Source: Methanomassiliicoccales archaeon (GTDB lineage: Archaea > Thermoplasmatota > Thermoplasmata > Methanomassiliicoccales > UBA472). Taken from it: DNA of 64,000 bases. The position numbers and the translations under genes are program-made. Below are positions 1 to 10,019 of the stretch, in pieces; the stretch's first letter is position 1, and each line of letters starts with the position of its first letter. The notes below the pieces were generated by a model. That model ran no database searches and had not been told where the DNA came from. It saw only the letters and a list, made by a program, of their open reading frames with translations. Location: NCBI GenBank assembly GCA_026394375.1, contig JAPKYJ010000015.1, positions 15,265 to 79,264 on the forward strand, given 5' to 3'.

Positions 1-1
1 C

Positions 2-271
2 CTAGAGCTCAAGGACGGTCGGAAGCTGGAGGTGGATGGTGTGTTCATTGAGCTGGGGGCCAAGGGCGCAGCAGACCTGGCGTTGGAGCTGGGCATCATT
101 CCAGACCCGTCGGGCACGATCAAGGTCAACGAGAACATGGAAACGGAGGTCCAGGGGCTATTCGCCTGCGGGGACGTCACCGGGCAACCATGGCAGCTGG
201 CCAGGGCGGTGGGGCAGGGTTGCATCGCCGGCACCAACGCCGCCAAGCTGGTGCGAAAGGAGGTGGAGTAG
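2..271 (+). CDS. trxB: Thioredoxin-disulfide reductase-type flavoprotein, C-terminal fragment (5' end outside the window)
   Basis: The frame is open from the window edge. LELKDGRKLEVDGVFIELG...GLFACGDVTG...AVGQGCIAGTNAA resembles the C-terminal FAD-binding end of TrxR family enzymes. Confidence 0.75.
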   Translation, partial: LELKDGRKLEVDGVFIELGAKGAADLALELGIIPDPSGTIKVNENMETEVQGLFACGDVTGQPWQLARAVGQGCIAGTNAAKLVRKEVE

Positions 272-272
272 G

Positions 273-794
273 ATGTCGCTGGTGGACGAACTGATCGCCG
301 GCATCATGCGCGGGCCGGACGGGTTCGGGGATGCGTTGCGGAAAGTGCTCAGCCAGGATCTGGAGATGAGCGTGAACGGGTTCTGTTCCAAGACAGGCAT
401 CTCGCCAAGCACCATATACAAGATCCTGCAGGAGCGGAGAGAGCCCAATCTGCGCACGGTGAGGAGCGTCATGCGCGCGGTGCGCCAGATAGAGAAGACC
501 CCCCAAGGACCGTTCGTGGCCATCATCGCCGCCCGGGGCGTGCTCAACCGCATCGAGGAACGCATCGTGCAAGTGGGTGACAAGACCCTGCGCGTCAAGG
601 AGTACCCGGCGCAGACCATGGAGGAAGCGATAATCGCCGCAGTGCTGGCGGAGCGCGATGGAGCGTTGGCGGTGGTGTGCGCGCCAATCATCGCTCCGAC
701 GATTGAGAAGATACTGACCATACCGGTATCGGTGGTCATCCCTCGAGACTCGGTGCTCAGGGCGATCGAAATCGCGGCGAAGAAGGCGCTCTAG
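273..794 (+). CDS. HTH-domain transcriptional regulator with an uncharacterised C-terminal domain
   Basis: The ATG at 273 lies inside the longer track ORF 36..794. It has an XRE-like HTH ([29 protein letters not shown]). The upstream part of the ORF overlaps trxB in another frame and is low complexity. Confidence 0.6.
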   Translation: MSLVDELIAGIMRGPDGFGDALRKVLSQDLEMSVNGFCSKTGISPSTIYKILQERREPNLRTVRSVMRAVRQIEKTPQGPFVAIIAARGVLNRIEERIVQVGDKTLRVKEYPAQTMEEAIIAAVLAERDGALAVVCAPIIAPTIEKILTIPVSVVIPRDSVLRAIEIAAKKAL

Positions 795-1558
795 GTCTTC
801 TGCGGATTGGAAACGACCTCGCTTTCCAGCTCAGCTAGTATTCTCTTTCGCAGCGCCGCGAATTCGACTGAGGCCCGATCCCGCGGCCGTTCCCAGGTGA
901 TGGGGAATACTTCTTTGATCGTTCCAGGTCGCGCGGTCATGATGACGAGGCGGTCCGCCAAGAAGCAGGCCTCATCTACGGAATGGGTGATGAAGATCAC
1001 GGTCTTCTTCGTTTCCTTCCAGATACGCAGCAATTCCTTCTGCATCAGATTGCGTGTCTGGGCGTCCAGGGCTCCGAACGGTTCATCCATAAGCAGGACC
1101 TTGGGGTCATTGGCCAGAGCGCGTGCGATTCCGACTCTTTGCTTCATGCCGCCAGATAATTCGTGTGGATGAGAGTCTTCAAATCCTTTCAATCCAACCA
1201 ACGTAATATATTCGTCCGAGATGCGCTTCTTTTCCGCGTTCGGCATCTTCCTGATCTCCAGCCCGAACTCGATATTGTGACGCACCGTTCTCCAGGGAAA
1301 GAGAGCAAATTCCTGGAAGACCACGCCTCTTTCCGATCCAGGTCCCATGATCTCCCTGCCATCGAGCTGCAAGGACCCCGATGTCTTCGTTTCAAGACCC
1401 GCAACAATTCGAAGCAAGGTGGTCTTGCCGCAGCCTGACGGCCCCAACACGCAGACGAATTCCCTATCCTTGATCTCCAGGTTGAAATCCTCTATCGCCA
1501 CTAATTCTCCTTCTTCTTTGGGGAATTTCTTGACCAGATTGGTGATCTTGAGCGTCAC
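791..1558 (-). CDS. ABC transporter ATP-binding protein (nitrate/sulfonate/bicarbonate, NitT/TauT-type)
   Basis: It has Walker [10 protein letters not shown], signature LSGGMKQRV and Walker [12 protein letters not shown]. The GTG start overlaps the permease stop (GTGA). Confidence 0.9.
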   Translation of the reverse strand: MTLKITNLVKKFPKEEGELVAIEDFNLEIKDREFVCVLGPSGCGKTTLLRIVAGLETKTSGSLQLDGREIMGPGSERGVVFQEFALFPWRTVRHNIEFGLEIRKMPNAEKKRISDEYITLVGLKGFEDSHPHELSGGMKQRVGIARALANDPKVLLMDEPFGALDAQTRNLMQKELLRIWKETKKTVIFITHSVDEACFLADRLVIMTARPGTIKEVFPITWERPRDRASVEFAALRKRILAELESEVVSNPQKT

Positions 1559-2376
1559 TTCACACCCATCCTGCGGTTGAGCTTGTTCTCGACATAGCGG
1601 CTCGCCCCTACCGTTACCAGACCGAGCAAGGCAATCATCACCATGCCCGCGTACATGTAGTCGAACCTACCGATGTCCTTCATGAAATTGATGTAAAATC
1701 CTATGCCCCCGCCGACGGCCCCGATCATTTCCGCGGCCACGATGCACATCCATCCGATCCCGAGGCCGATGGTGATGCCAGCCATGATGAACGGGATGGT
1801 ATAGGGAAGAATTACCTTGGTGAACAGCTGGAGACGATTGGCCCCCATGGTCTTCGCGGCGTCGATCAAGGGCTTGTCCACCGACTTCACTCCGAAAACG
1901 ATGTTCGAGAGAAGGGGGAACAGCACGCCCAGGAAGATGACCACGACCGGTCCCCAGAACAGGCCGAAGATCAGGAGGAATACTGGCACCCAGGCTATCG
2001 GTGGGATGGGCCGAAAGACCTCCACGATGGGATTGATGAACAACTGGGCCAGTTTGAAATAGCCCATGACCAGGCCCAATGGCAATGCCAGAAGGAATGC
2101 CATCACGAACCCTATGCCGAACCTTCCCAGGGAAGCGAAGGTGTTGTCCCACATGGTCGTGCCCAGGGATATGTCCTCGTGCGTGAAGGAATTGAAGAAG
2201 GCCACCGCCACCTTGTCGGGAGGTGGGATGTAGGCCAGGTTGGAGTAGATGGAAATAGCGAACCAGGCCGCAATGAAGGCGATCAAAGAGGCGATGGTGA
2301 TGAGGACGGTCTTCGAATCAGCTATCAGCCTATCCCTGGATATTAATCCCAGTACCTTGCCGCTAGCTCTCACCAT
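1555..2376 (-). CDS. ABC transporter permease (SsuC/TauC-like)
   Basis: It is a multi-TM protein with a BPD-transporter-like loop ([19 protein letters not shown]). It is translationally coupled to the ATPase. Confidence 0.85.
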   Translation of the reverse strand: MVRASGKVLGLISRDRLIADSKTVLITIASLIAFIAAWFAISIYSNLAYIPPPDKVAVAFFNSFTHEDISLGTTMWDNTFASLGRFGIGFVMAFLLALPLGLVMGYFKLAQLFINPIVEVFRPIPPIAWVPVFLLIFGLFWGPVVVIFLGVLFPLLSNIVFGVKSVDKPLIDAAKTMGANRLQLFTKVILPYTIPFIMAGITIGLGIGWMCIVAAEMIGAVGGGIGFYINFMKDIGRFDYMYAGMVMIALLGLVTVGASRYVENKLNRRMGVK

Positions 2377-2421
2377 CTCTCACCGAATGAAAGTAAAGGA
2401 TAAAAAAGGGTTTGTCGGCGT

Positions 2422-3519
2422 TTAGGTCCCCATCAGCTTCACCTGGTAACCGTTCTGGGTTGCATAGTACAGCAGTAATAGGTGCTGTATCGAGGTCGGA
2501 CCTGGAGTCGCGACCAGCTTGCCGTTGAGGTCTGCCAAGGTTGTGAGCGGAGCCCTTGCCACCATGGCTGAGCCCTCCATGTTGACCAGCGAAACGATCT
2601 CAATCTGGGTACCGACGTTTATGCGTTTCAGGATGGTCGGCGGTGACCCAAGATAGCCCATGTCAATCTGGTTGGCTGCCACCGCATCCATGACCGCGCC
2701 TCCCGCCGCAAATGGGGCCGCGCTTCCGGACACGTCAATGCCGTACCTCTCGAACAAGGTCTCGCCACCCCACAGAGAGGCGTTCATGGCGATAACCCTG
2801 GCAAATTGGTGCAGGTCGCCATTCAGGTAGCCAAGCCTCACTGATCCTAGTGTGGATGAGCTTGGGGTTACCTCTAAGGCCTTCGTCAAGTACGAGGTGT
2901 TCACGATCCCGTTGACGAAGTTGGTGACATTGGAGTAGCCACCCAATCCCGTTATTTGGCCTAGGTCGGCGAATTCCACGGTGAAATTCTTGAGGCCTTC
3001 CTTGGTAGAATCGGTCATCTGGGTTCCATACTTCATGTGACCAAGCGCCTGCTGGACCACCGTCGTGTTGACATTCGCGAACTGGGCCCCAGTCGCCAGC
3101 ATGGCCGTATAGTTCGTTCCAGAGCCTTCTTGGATGGTCTTCAGGATCCAAGCCGTGGCATCCATATGCGCCCTGACGACCCTAGCGACCAGATCCTGAT
3201 TCGCTGGATTGTTGTCGACAAAGCTCTTCTTCACGATCAGAACGCAGCACGGATGGTTGGGCCATACTTGGCCGGACCAGATCACCGAATTCGCAGTGCC
3301 ATCTGAGATAGCAGCCGAACAATAGGGTTCCCAACCGACCGCTCCATCGATCGTCCCTGCCTGCAAGGCTGCTTTCTGGTTGATCGGCGCGACGGTGGTC
3401 CAATAGATGACCTTTCTTCCCTCTTCCTCCGGCTGAGACAAGAGGACTGCGCCGATTCCAGCGACGACGATGATGGCGACGACTGCGATTACAGCGACAA
3501 TCTTGGTGTTCTTTTCCAT
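2422..3519 (-). CDS. ABC transporter substrate-binding protein (NMT1/SsuA-like), N-terminal membrane anchor
   Basis: The internal ATG at 3519 gives MEKNTKIVAVIAVVAIIVVAGIG as a signal/anchor. A TATA-like TTTATAT lies about 40 nt upstream on the coding strand. It heads the operon with the permease and ATPase. Confidence 0.75.
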   Translation of the reverse strand: MEKNTKIVAVIAVVAIIVVAGIGAVLLSQPEEEGRKVIYWTTVAPINQKAALQAGTIDGAVGWEPYCSAAISDGTANSVIWSGQVWPNHPCCVLIVKKSFVDNNPANQDLVARVVRAHMDATAWILKTIQEGSGTNYTAMLATGAQFANVNTTVVQQALGHMKYGTQMTDSTKEGLKNFTVEFADLGQITGLGGYSNVTNFVNGIVNTSYLTKALEVTPSSSTLGSVRLGYLNGDLHQFARVIAMNASLWGGETLFERYGIDVSGSAAPFAAGGAVMDAVAANQIDMGYLGSPPTILKRINVGTQIEIVSLVNMEGSAMVARAPLTTLADLNGKLVATPGPTSIQHLLLLYYATQNGYQVKLMGT

Positions 3520-4018
3520 CTGTACACCTTGCCCTTTGTACGATGGCATGATATAAATGCCTTTTCCCTCACTAGGAGAAATGTGTCCCAATTGTACACA
3601 TTACCGTTCGAAGTGCCCGCCTCAGGTAAGCGTTCCCAAACGGTGTTTGGTCCAAAGGCCTGAGTCTCCGTCAAGTCGAGATCCCGTTGGGCCCCGATCC
3701 AACCCAAGAGCTCTCCCGTCGGTCGGGCATTGGTTCCAACGTTCCCAATCCGGTGCTCGGGAGAAAGCAGCCTACGTGAGTGCGTCGCCGTGCATCAGAC
3801 TGGAGACCAAATAATCTGTGTCAATTGGCATTGAAGTCAATCCCACTTCGGGATCTGCTCACTGGGCGAAGGAAACCGAATTAATGTTTTGAGGCTAAGT
3901 CATGAAGCAGAAAAGGTACCCTGCAACGAACATGCTTCCGACGAGGCCTGACGATCTAGCATGCTCCTGCTACAGAAAAAACTAGATATGATTTAAAATC
4001 ATCAATCCTGCCGATAAT

Positions 4019-4471
4019 ATGTTCGAGCTCCAAGTGGTGAGCAGTACACCGCTCACTCCGCTGGACGACGCGGACGATGTGGCGTTGCAGTTCCTGGTCA
4101 TGATCGGCTACCTGCCAAAGGGCTATGATCCGAAGACCGAGGCGGACAACGTGCAGGAGAGCATCCCCTACCGGCTGTTCGTGGAATGCTTCCTGGGCAA
4201 CCTGAAACGAGCATGGACGGTGGAAGAGCTGGCGGCCAAGCTGAGGACCACCAAGCCCACCATCTACCGGCACCTGAACAAGCTCAAGGGCATCGACATC
4301 CTGGAGGAAGTGGACGTGCAGAAGGGGGGCGAACGCAAGAAAGGCTATCGCATTCGCTATGGAGACTTGTCAAAGGCCTGGAACTTCACCGAGGCCAACG
4401 TGGAGATGGCCATGGACTCCTACCGGAAGACGGTGGACCATCTGCAGAAGATCATCGAGGGGGGGAAGTGA
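4019..4471 (+). CDS. Winged-helix DNA-binding protein
   Basis: It has a wHTH-like segment (WTVEELAAKLRTTKPTIYRHLNKLKGIDILEEV). A TTTAAAA TATA-like box lies about 25-30 nt upstream of the ATG, suggesting a leaderless-type arrangement. Confidence 0.55.
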   Translation: MFELQVVSSTPLTPLDDADDVALQFLVMIGYLPKGYDPKTEADNVQESIPYRLFVECFLGNLKRAWTVEELAAKLRTTKPTIYRHLNKLKGIDILEEVDVQKGGERKKGYRIRYGDLSKAWNFTEANVEMAMDSYRKTVDHLQKIIEGGK

Positions 4472-4773
4472 TGGCCTCGGCCAAACCCGGGTCCGGAGAG
4501 GAGATCATCACTCTGACCAAAGGCTCACACTACAGGGTCGTAAGTCGAGGAAGCGGTCCGGAGCCAATTGTCACCGTAGGTGTGTTCAGAGGCTACACCC
4601 AATTCGGCAACGATTCCGCTTTGAGCATGGAGCTCGAGTCCGAGAAGGACGGACCGTCGCCTATGGTAAGGATCCTGCCATGCCTAACGGTCTTGGCGAT
4701 CGACGTCCTCTCCTTCAAGCCGGAAGATAAGGAGAAGGAGAAGAAGAAAGAGGCCGACGGCTACATCGGATGA
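4471..4773 (+). CDS. Hypothetical protein (100 aa, Lys/Glu-rich tail)
   Basis: Its ATG overlaps the stop of the upstream wHTH gene by 1 nt (TGATG). No motif was recognised. Confidence 0.4.
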   Translation: MASAKPGSGEEIITLTKGSHYRVVSRGSGPEPIVTVGVFRGYTQFGNDSALSMELESEKDGPSPMVRILPCLTVLAIDVLSFKPEDKEKEKKKEADGYIG

Positions 4774-4785
4774 ATCGGTGGAGAC

Positions 4786-4968
4786 TTGGCAAAGTACCTT
4801 GGCCTGGACGAATGGAAGTGGTACGCACTTCTCTCCATCGCCTCGTTGCTCGTCGGGATCATAGGCTTGCTCCTCGGAAACGGGACGGTCGCAGCAGCGG
4901 GCGGCATCGTCCTCCTCTTCAGCATCTTCGGCGTGGCCTATGGTCTGTTCAAGGAACGTCCATCATGA
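4786..4968 (+). CDS. Small membrane protein (2 predicted TM helices)
   Basis: It has hydrophobic segments (ALLSIASLLVGIIGLLLG and GGIVLLFSIFGVAYGLF). It lies on the same strand directly after the previous gene. Confidence 0.4.
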   Translation: MAKYLGLDEWKWYALLSIASLLVGIIGLLLGNGTVAAAGGIVLLFSIFGVAYGLFKERPS

Positions 4969-5013
4969 CACTTCCATCGTCAGAATGATAAGCAAGGGGA
5001 GCATGGCGAGAAC

Positions 5014-6558
5014 GTGGACTTCCACGACCGGCTCTTGGAAGCGATAGCCAAGGGCGAGATCAAGGACAAGGCGTCGCTGCAGCGCAGGAAGATCGAGCTC
5101 TGCCGCGAACTCCATCTTGTGACGCTCCCTCCCAACTCCGAGACGCTGGCGCGCGCATCGCCGGAGCTTCTGCCTCTGGTCAAGGAGATATTGCGCCGCA
5201 AGCCGGTGCGAACGCTCAGTGGGGTGGCGGTGGTGGCGGTGATGACCTCCCCTGCCACCTGTCCTCACGGCCGCTGCTCATATTGCCCGGGCGGAGTGGA
5301 GAACAGCTCCCCCCAATCCTACACTGGCAAGGAGCCAGCCGCGCGCAGGGCCATCGCCAACCACTTCGAACCTAACCGCCAGGTGAGCAAGCGTATCGAG
5401 CAGCTGGAGGCCATCGGCCACGCTACGGACAAGATCGACCTCATCGTCATGGGAGGCACCTTCACCTCCCGCTCCCTGGACTATCAGGAATGGTTCGTCA
5501 AGGGCTGTTTCGACGCTTTGAACGAGAGGGACTCGCTCGATCTGCCGGCGGCGCACTCTCTGAACGAGAACGCGCCGCACCGCTGCATCGGGATGACAGT
5601 GGAGACGAGGCCAGACTACTTCGTCGAGGAAATGGCAGAGCATTGCATGTCCCTTGGCACCACGCGGGTGGAGTTCGGAGTGCAGATACTGGATGATGAG
5701 ATACTGCGCGGAGTGGACCGGGGGCACGGAGTGAAAGAGGTGGTGGAGGCGACCCGCGTGGCCAAGGAGCACGGGCTGAAGGTCTGCTACCACCTGATGC
5801 CAGGGCTTCCCGGTTCAGACGCGAAGAAAGACATCGAGTCCTTCCAGCTGATCTTCCAGGACGAGCGGTTCCGCCCGGACATGCTCAAGATCTATCCCAC
5901 CCTAGTGGTCAAAGGCACCCCTCTCTATGACAGATGGACCAAGGGCGAATACGTGCCATATACCACCGCCCAGGCGGCGGAGGTGGTGGCGGAGATGAAA
6001 GCCCTGGTGCCGAAGTGGGTGCGCATTCAGCGCATCCAGCGGGACATACCGGTGCAGCTGATTGAGGCGGGCGTGGACAAATCGCATCTGCGGGAGATCG
6101 CCAAGGCCAAGTTGCGTTCCGAAGGGCGCCGGTGCCATTGCGTCCGCTGCCGTGAGGTGGGGCTGAACCGGGTGCCACCGGGAAGGATGGGCGAGGCGGA
6201 GCTGAGGGTGGAGGAATACCAGGCATCCGGGGGAAAGGAGCATTTTATCGCATTCGAGCTGTCGGAGCAGGACTACCTGGTCGGCTACGCCAGGCTTCGT
6301 ATCAACGCCGATGGCCAGGAAGCCCACTTGCGAGAGCTCAAAGTGTTCGGGCAGATGGCGCAGTTCGGAAAGCCAGCGGGAGGGTGGCAACATCGCGGTT
6401 TCGGCAAGGACCTGGTGGCGGAGGCCGAATCCCGAGCTAAGGACGCTGGCTGCTCGGTAATAAAGGTCACCAGCGGCGTGGGCGCGAGACTCTACTACGA
6501 AGCGATGGGCTATTCGCGAGACATCCCGTACATGAGCAAACCCCTCGATGCCAGATAA
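5014..6558 (+). CDS. elp3: Elp3-family radical SAM/GNAT tRNA wobble-uridine modification enzyme
   Basis: It has the radical-SAM cluster motif CPHGRCSYCPGG, a conserved Elp3 core (IGMTVETRPDY, GTTRVEFGVQ) and a C-terminal GNAT region (HRGFGKDLVAEAE). Confidence 0.9.
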   Translation: MDFHDRLLEAIAKGEIKDKASLQRRKIELCRELHLVTLPPNSETLARASPELLPLVKEILRRKPVRTLSGVAVVAVMTSPATCPHGRCSYCPGGVENSSPQSYTGKEPAARRAIANHFEPNRQVSKRIEQLEAIGHATDKIDLIVMGGTFTSRSLDYQEWFVKGCFDALNERDSLDLPAAHSLNENAPHRCIGMTVETRPDYFVEEMAEHCMSLGTTRVEFGVQILDDEILRGVDRGHGVKEVVEATRVAKEHGLKVCYHLMPGLPGSDAKKDIESFQLIFQDERFRPDMLKIYPTLVVKGTPLYDRWTKGEYVPYTTAQAAEVVAEMKALVPKWVRIQRIQRDIPVQLIEAGVDKSHLREIAKAKLRSEGRRCHCVRCREVGLNRVPPGRMGEAELRVEEYQASGGKEHFIAFELSEQDYLVGYARLRINADGQEAHLRELKVFGQMAQFGKPAGGWQHRGFGKDLVAEAESRAKDAGCSVIKVTSGVGARLYYEAMGYSRDIPYMSKPLDAR

Positions 6559-7399
6559 TTACTTAATCGCGCCCGCATATTATTCCCGGGGTTCAAGATT
6601 GGCTTGCGTGGCCTGCGGTGCGGAGACGAGACCGGGCGTGCTCATGTGCTCGAGATGCCTTGGTTCGCTGGACGATCCTCTCTCCCTCGTCCCGAGAATG
6701 CAGGATCCGACCGCCGATTCCAGGCTCTTCCACCGGGGCTCGCTCATCATCCGCATCGGCCCGGTGGCGGGCGAGGATGTGGAGCTGGGGCGAGGGGTGG
6801 AGCCGGCTTTGAGACTGCGCTCGCTTCTCGAGAAGAAGGACGAGATCGCTCTGGGAGCGTTCGTGGATAAGTATCTGGCTGGGGCGGGGGTCGGGCTGCA
6901 TCTTTGGGGCGACGAGCGACTGCCGAAGCGCTCCCTGGTCTGGAACGTGGTCTCTTCCATCAAGGGCGGAGAGGGAAGCGGCCAGGCCTGGGGCCGGGCC
7001 AGCCTTAGGATCGGTAATGTCCATTCGCTGATCGTGAAGAACGCTGCCCCATTGCCGGTGGACGGCCAGTGGCTGTCGAACTTCTTGATTTATCATACAA
7101 GAGAGGCGGAGAAGGCCTACGCCAGGGGAAGGCAGGTGACGGAGCTGTCGTCCATCGCCGATTCCGACCTGGCCATGCTGCGCCTCTTCTCTGGCAAAGG
7201 AGAGGAGGCGCTGGGACTGCTCGAGCCTATGTCCGATGCCAGCGATCCTATGAACATGCCTTTCATCATCAAGAGGGCCGTGGTCCTCGAGATTCTAGGC
7301 AGAAAAGATGAGGCTTTGGCGGAACTGGCAAAGGTGCCCACCGAACGCATGGACCGCCGGGCGTTGGCGCTCAAGCTGAGACTGGAGGATGCCCGATGA
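6548..7399 (+). CDS. Zinc-ribbon protein with a helical-repeat C-terminus
   Basis: The N-terminal CVACGAE...CSRC forms a four-Cys ribbon. The start overlaps the elp3 stop by 11 nt and the stop overlaps the next gene by 4 nt. Confidence 0.5.
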   Translation: MPDNYLIAPAYYSRGSRLACVACGAETRPGVLMCSRCLGSLDDPLSLVPRMQDPTADSRLFHRGSLIIRIGPVAGEDVELGRGVEPALRLRSLLEKKDEIALGAFVDKYLAGAGVGLHLWGDERLPKRSLVWNVVSSIKGGEGSGQAWGRASLRIGNVHSLIVKNAAPLPVDGQWLSNFLIYHTREAEKAYARGRQVTELSSIADSDLAMLRLFSGKGEEALGLLEPMSDASDPMNMPFIIKRAVVLEILGRKDEALAELAKVPTERMDRRALALKLRLEDAR

Positions 7400-9615
7400 C
7401 GCCGGACGAGGGCATGGAGAGCAGGTTCGATGCGCGGATAGTCAAGGCGCTGCGCGATTTGGATGCGGATGCCTTTCGCTCCTTCATGGTCCACTTGGTC
7501 TCGGAGATGGGGCTGAAGGTCACCGGAGCGGTGACGGTCGACGAGGTCGCCGTATTGGAGGCGGAGCGCGAGGATTCGAAATACCTGATCATGGCCTCCC
7601 GTCGACCGGAGCACGCCTCCACCGCGGGGCTGAAGCTGGTGCGGGAGCGAGCCATGTTGGAGGGAAGGCTGCCGGTTCTCATGGTCACTTCTCGCATGGA
7701 CGAGGAAGCACAGCAGGAAGCTGGAAAGTTGGAGGTGTCCGCGGCCGATCGTTCGAAGCTCCTGCTCCTGCTCAAGAAGTACGAGCTCACCGCCCCCCTG
7801 CTGAAGGAGATCGACCGCAAGATCCTGGAGAAAGAAGGGAATCGCTTTCTGCCATCCATAGGACGCTTCGACGGCCTCATGCAGACCGCCGAGGACGCCA
7901 TGAAACAGGAACGCTACCAGGATGCGCTCTCCGAGCTGGACCGGGCGTTGGAGCTGAAGCCGGAGCACGACCTGGCCTGGAGGATGAGGGCCCAATCCTA
8001 CCTGGCGCTGGGGAAGACCGAGCTTGCTTTGGAGGCCATCCGGCAGGCCATCAACATCCGCGACAACGATGCCTGGTCCTGGTATTTGCTGGGCGTCATC
8101 CTGGACCAGCTGGGTCGGAACGTGGAGGAGCTCGGGGCCTATGAGAAAGCGCTCAAGCAATTCCCGAGGATGCCCGCCGCCATGCTGAACAAGGCGGCCA
8201 CCCTCTTCGCAATGAACCGGAAGGCGGAGGCGCTCCAAGTGCTGGACGACATGGTGCGTTTCTATCCCAACGATCCGCAGGCGCAGCTCAACCGTGGCAT
8301 CGTGCTCCATTCCATGGGCAAGAGCAAGGAGGCGCTCGAGTCCTTCGAGAGCGTGTCCGTCCGAGATCCCGGCAACGTGCAGGCCTTGGTCTATCGCGCA
8401 ACAGCGTTGGAGGAGATGGGCCACCTGAACCAGGCGGTGGACGCCTGGAAGGAGGCGGTGCAGGTGGAGCGGCGGCGGGCGGACCTCTGGCTCAGGCTGG
8501 GCGAAGCGCAAAGGGCCGCAGGCATGATAGACGATGCGGCCAAGAGCTTCAGCGTCTCCGCCACCCTGGACCCTTCCTTGGATGGGGCGGTGCGGCAGCG
8601 GGACGATGCCATGGAGGCCACCGGTCTGCTCCGTCCGCAAGAACCATCGATGAGCAAGGAGGACACCCTGGTGCGCAAGTACCTGGACTCGGCCCTTCTC
8701 CTGCAGGCGATAGGCGAACACGATGAAGCGCTGCGGGAAGCGGACCGTTGCATGTCCTTCGAGCCCCGGGCCGCGGAGGCGTTCGTTCGGAAAGCGAGCG
8801 TGCTCATGGACATGGGGCGCATCGAAGAGGCGATTGCCTCGCTGACCACGGCAGTGCTGGAAGGGGCGCGGACGGAAGAGGTGCTGCTGGACCTTGAGTC
8901 CCTGACTTACAAGCTTGGTCGGAAGGAAGAGGCGTTGCGCATGCTCGCCAACGCACCTCCCTCGAACGAGGTGATGGTGCGCCGCTGCTTGAACGAGCTT
9001 GATCTAGGTCGGGCGGAGGCGGCGCTGCGGCATCTGCCAGAGAGAGGCGAGGAGGTGTACGCCGTCGCTTTGGCGCGGGCATTGGCCCTGGCAGGCTATC
9101 GTCGTCACGCGGACGCGGTGGAGGTGCTGCGATCTCTCAATGACAGATTCCCCGCTTCCCCGCACCTGATGAACGCGCTGGGCGTGGGCCTGAGATTCGG
9201 CGGGCAGCTGGAAGAGGCAGAAAGGGTGCTGCACCGGGCGGTGGAGACGGAACCGCAGCACTCCGACGCCTGGAACAACCTGGGCTGCGTGCATTATCTC
9301 CAGGGAGCGTACGATGAGGCCGATAGGTGCTTGAAGGAAGCGGTCCTTATCGATCGCCGGCCGCAGTTCCTGCTCAACCTGGGTATGTGCCAGTTGGGGC
9401 GAGACGATCTTCCGGGAGCGGAGACATCCTTCGAAGCGGCGATGCAGCTTGAGCCCGGGGCGGAAGCGCTCAACGGCATGGGTATCATGGCAGAGAGGAG
9501 AAAGGAGAACGCCCGCGCTCTCGAGCTGTACGAGGCGGCGCTCAAGAGAAGACCGGAATTCCGAGACGCGCAGTACAACCGTGCCCGGGTCAGGATGATC
9601 TTGAAAGGAGAATGA
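7396..9615 (+). CDS. TPR-repeat protein with an N-terminal Mrr-like restriction-endonuclease-fold domain
   Basis: The N-terminus (LDADAFRSFMVHLVSEMGLKV...KYLIMASRR...LPVLMVTS) resembles the Mrr_cat fold. It is followed by more than 10 TPR-like repeats (YQDALSELDRALELKPEHDLAW..., AWNNLGCVHYLQGAYDEA...). Confidence 0.7.
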   Translation: MTPDEGMESRFDARIVKALRDLDADAFRSFMVHLVSEMGLKVTGAVTVDEVAVLEAEREDSKYLIMASRRPEHASTAGLKLVRERAMLEGRLPVLMVTSRMDEEAQQEAGKLEVSAADRSKLLLLLKKYELTAPLLKEIDRKILEKEGNRFLPSIGRFDGLMQTAEDAMKQERYQDALSELDRALELKPEHDLAWRMRAQSYLALGKTELALEAIRQAINIRDNDAWSWYLLGVILDQLGRNVEELGAYEKALKQFPRMPAAMLNKAATLFAMNRKAEALQVLDDMVRFYPNDPQAQLNRGIVLHSMGKSKEALESFESVSVRDPGNVQALVYRATALEEMGHLNQAVDAWKEAVQVERRRADLWLRLGEAQRAAGMIDDAAKSFSVSATLDPSLDGAVRQRDDAMEATGLLRPQEPSMSKEDTLVRKYLDSALLLQAIGEHDEALREADRCMSFEPRAAEAFVRKASVLMDMGRIEEAIASLTTAVLEGARTEEVLLDLESLTYKLGRKEEALRMLANAPPSNEVMVRRCLNELDLGRAEAALRHLPERGEEVYAVALARALALAGYRRHADAVEVLRSLNDRFPASPHLMNALGVGLRFGGQLEEAERVLHRAVETEPQHSDAWNNLGCVHYLQGAYDEADRCLKEAVLIDRRPQFLLNLGMCQLGRDDLPGAETSFEAAMQLEPGAEALNGMGIMAERRKENARALELYEAALKRRPEFRDAQYNRARVRMILKGE

Positions 9616-9617
9616 GG

Positions 9618-9636
9618 GCCGGCCTTTTCGGCCGGC
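9618..9636. terminator. GC-rich hairpin between convergent genes
   Basis: GCCGGCC-TTTTC-GGCCGGC forms a 7-bp perfect stem with a 5-nt loop. It lies in the 29-nt gap between the ends of the 7396..9615(+) and 9645..9887(-) genes. Confidence 0.35.
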
Positions 9637-9644
9637 GAAGAGAA

Positions 9645-9887
9645 TCAATGGACGATGTTCATGACCACGACGTCGCGCACCGCGTTCATCTCGCTGAAGG
9701 GCAGGATGAGGCGGCCCTGGGCATCGGTGCGGAACAGCCTGGTCTCGATCTCCTCGGCCGGGACGACCAGGACGTGTTGTATCTCGCCCGAGCTCGTGTC
9801 CACGACGAAGTTCTCGATCATTCCCAGGATCTGACCATCGTTCGTCATCACCGTCTTGCCCTTCAATTCCGTGATAAATTTCCTCAT
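9645..9887 (-). CDS. PRC-barrel domain protein
   Basis: LKGKTVMTNDGQILGMIENFVVDTSSGEIQHVLV is a typical PRC-barrel core. The start was chosen at the internal ATG (MRKFITELKGK). Confidence 0.6.
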   Translation of the reverse strand: MRKFITELKGKTVMTNDGQILGMIENFVVDTSSGEIQHVLVVPAEEIETRLFRTDAQGRLILPFSEMNAVRDVVVMNIVH

Positions 9888-10019
9888 CAGAGTGATCCCC
9901 CCAGCATGTCGGTTGGTTGGAGTTATGAATGGTTTGTCCGTATTTAGAAGCTTTGGCTTTTGCGAGACCGGGAATAAGAGCCGAAGGATCTCCATCAGCA
10001 GGTCGGATGAGCGATCTGC

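Noticed and set aside
3592-3830. TPP (THI-box) riboswitch upstream of the NMT1/THI5-like binding-protein operon
   Set aside because: I found no CUGAGA / ACCUGAUCUGGAUAAUGCCAGCG-like core on the relevant strand. The operon's TATA-like box also lies only about 40 nt from the start codon, leaving no room for a riboswitch leader.
7117-8721. 534-aa ORF on the minus strand
   Set aside because: It lies entirely antisense to the well-supported TPR gene (7396..9615). Its composition is Arg/Gly/His/Leu/Pro-rich and low in complexity, which is typical of open antisense frames in high-GC DNA.
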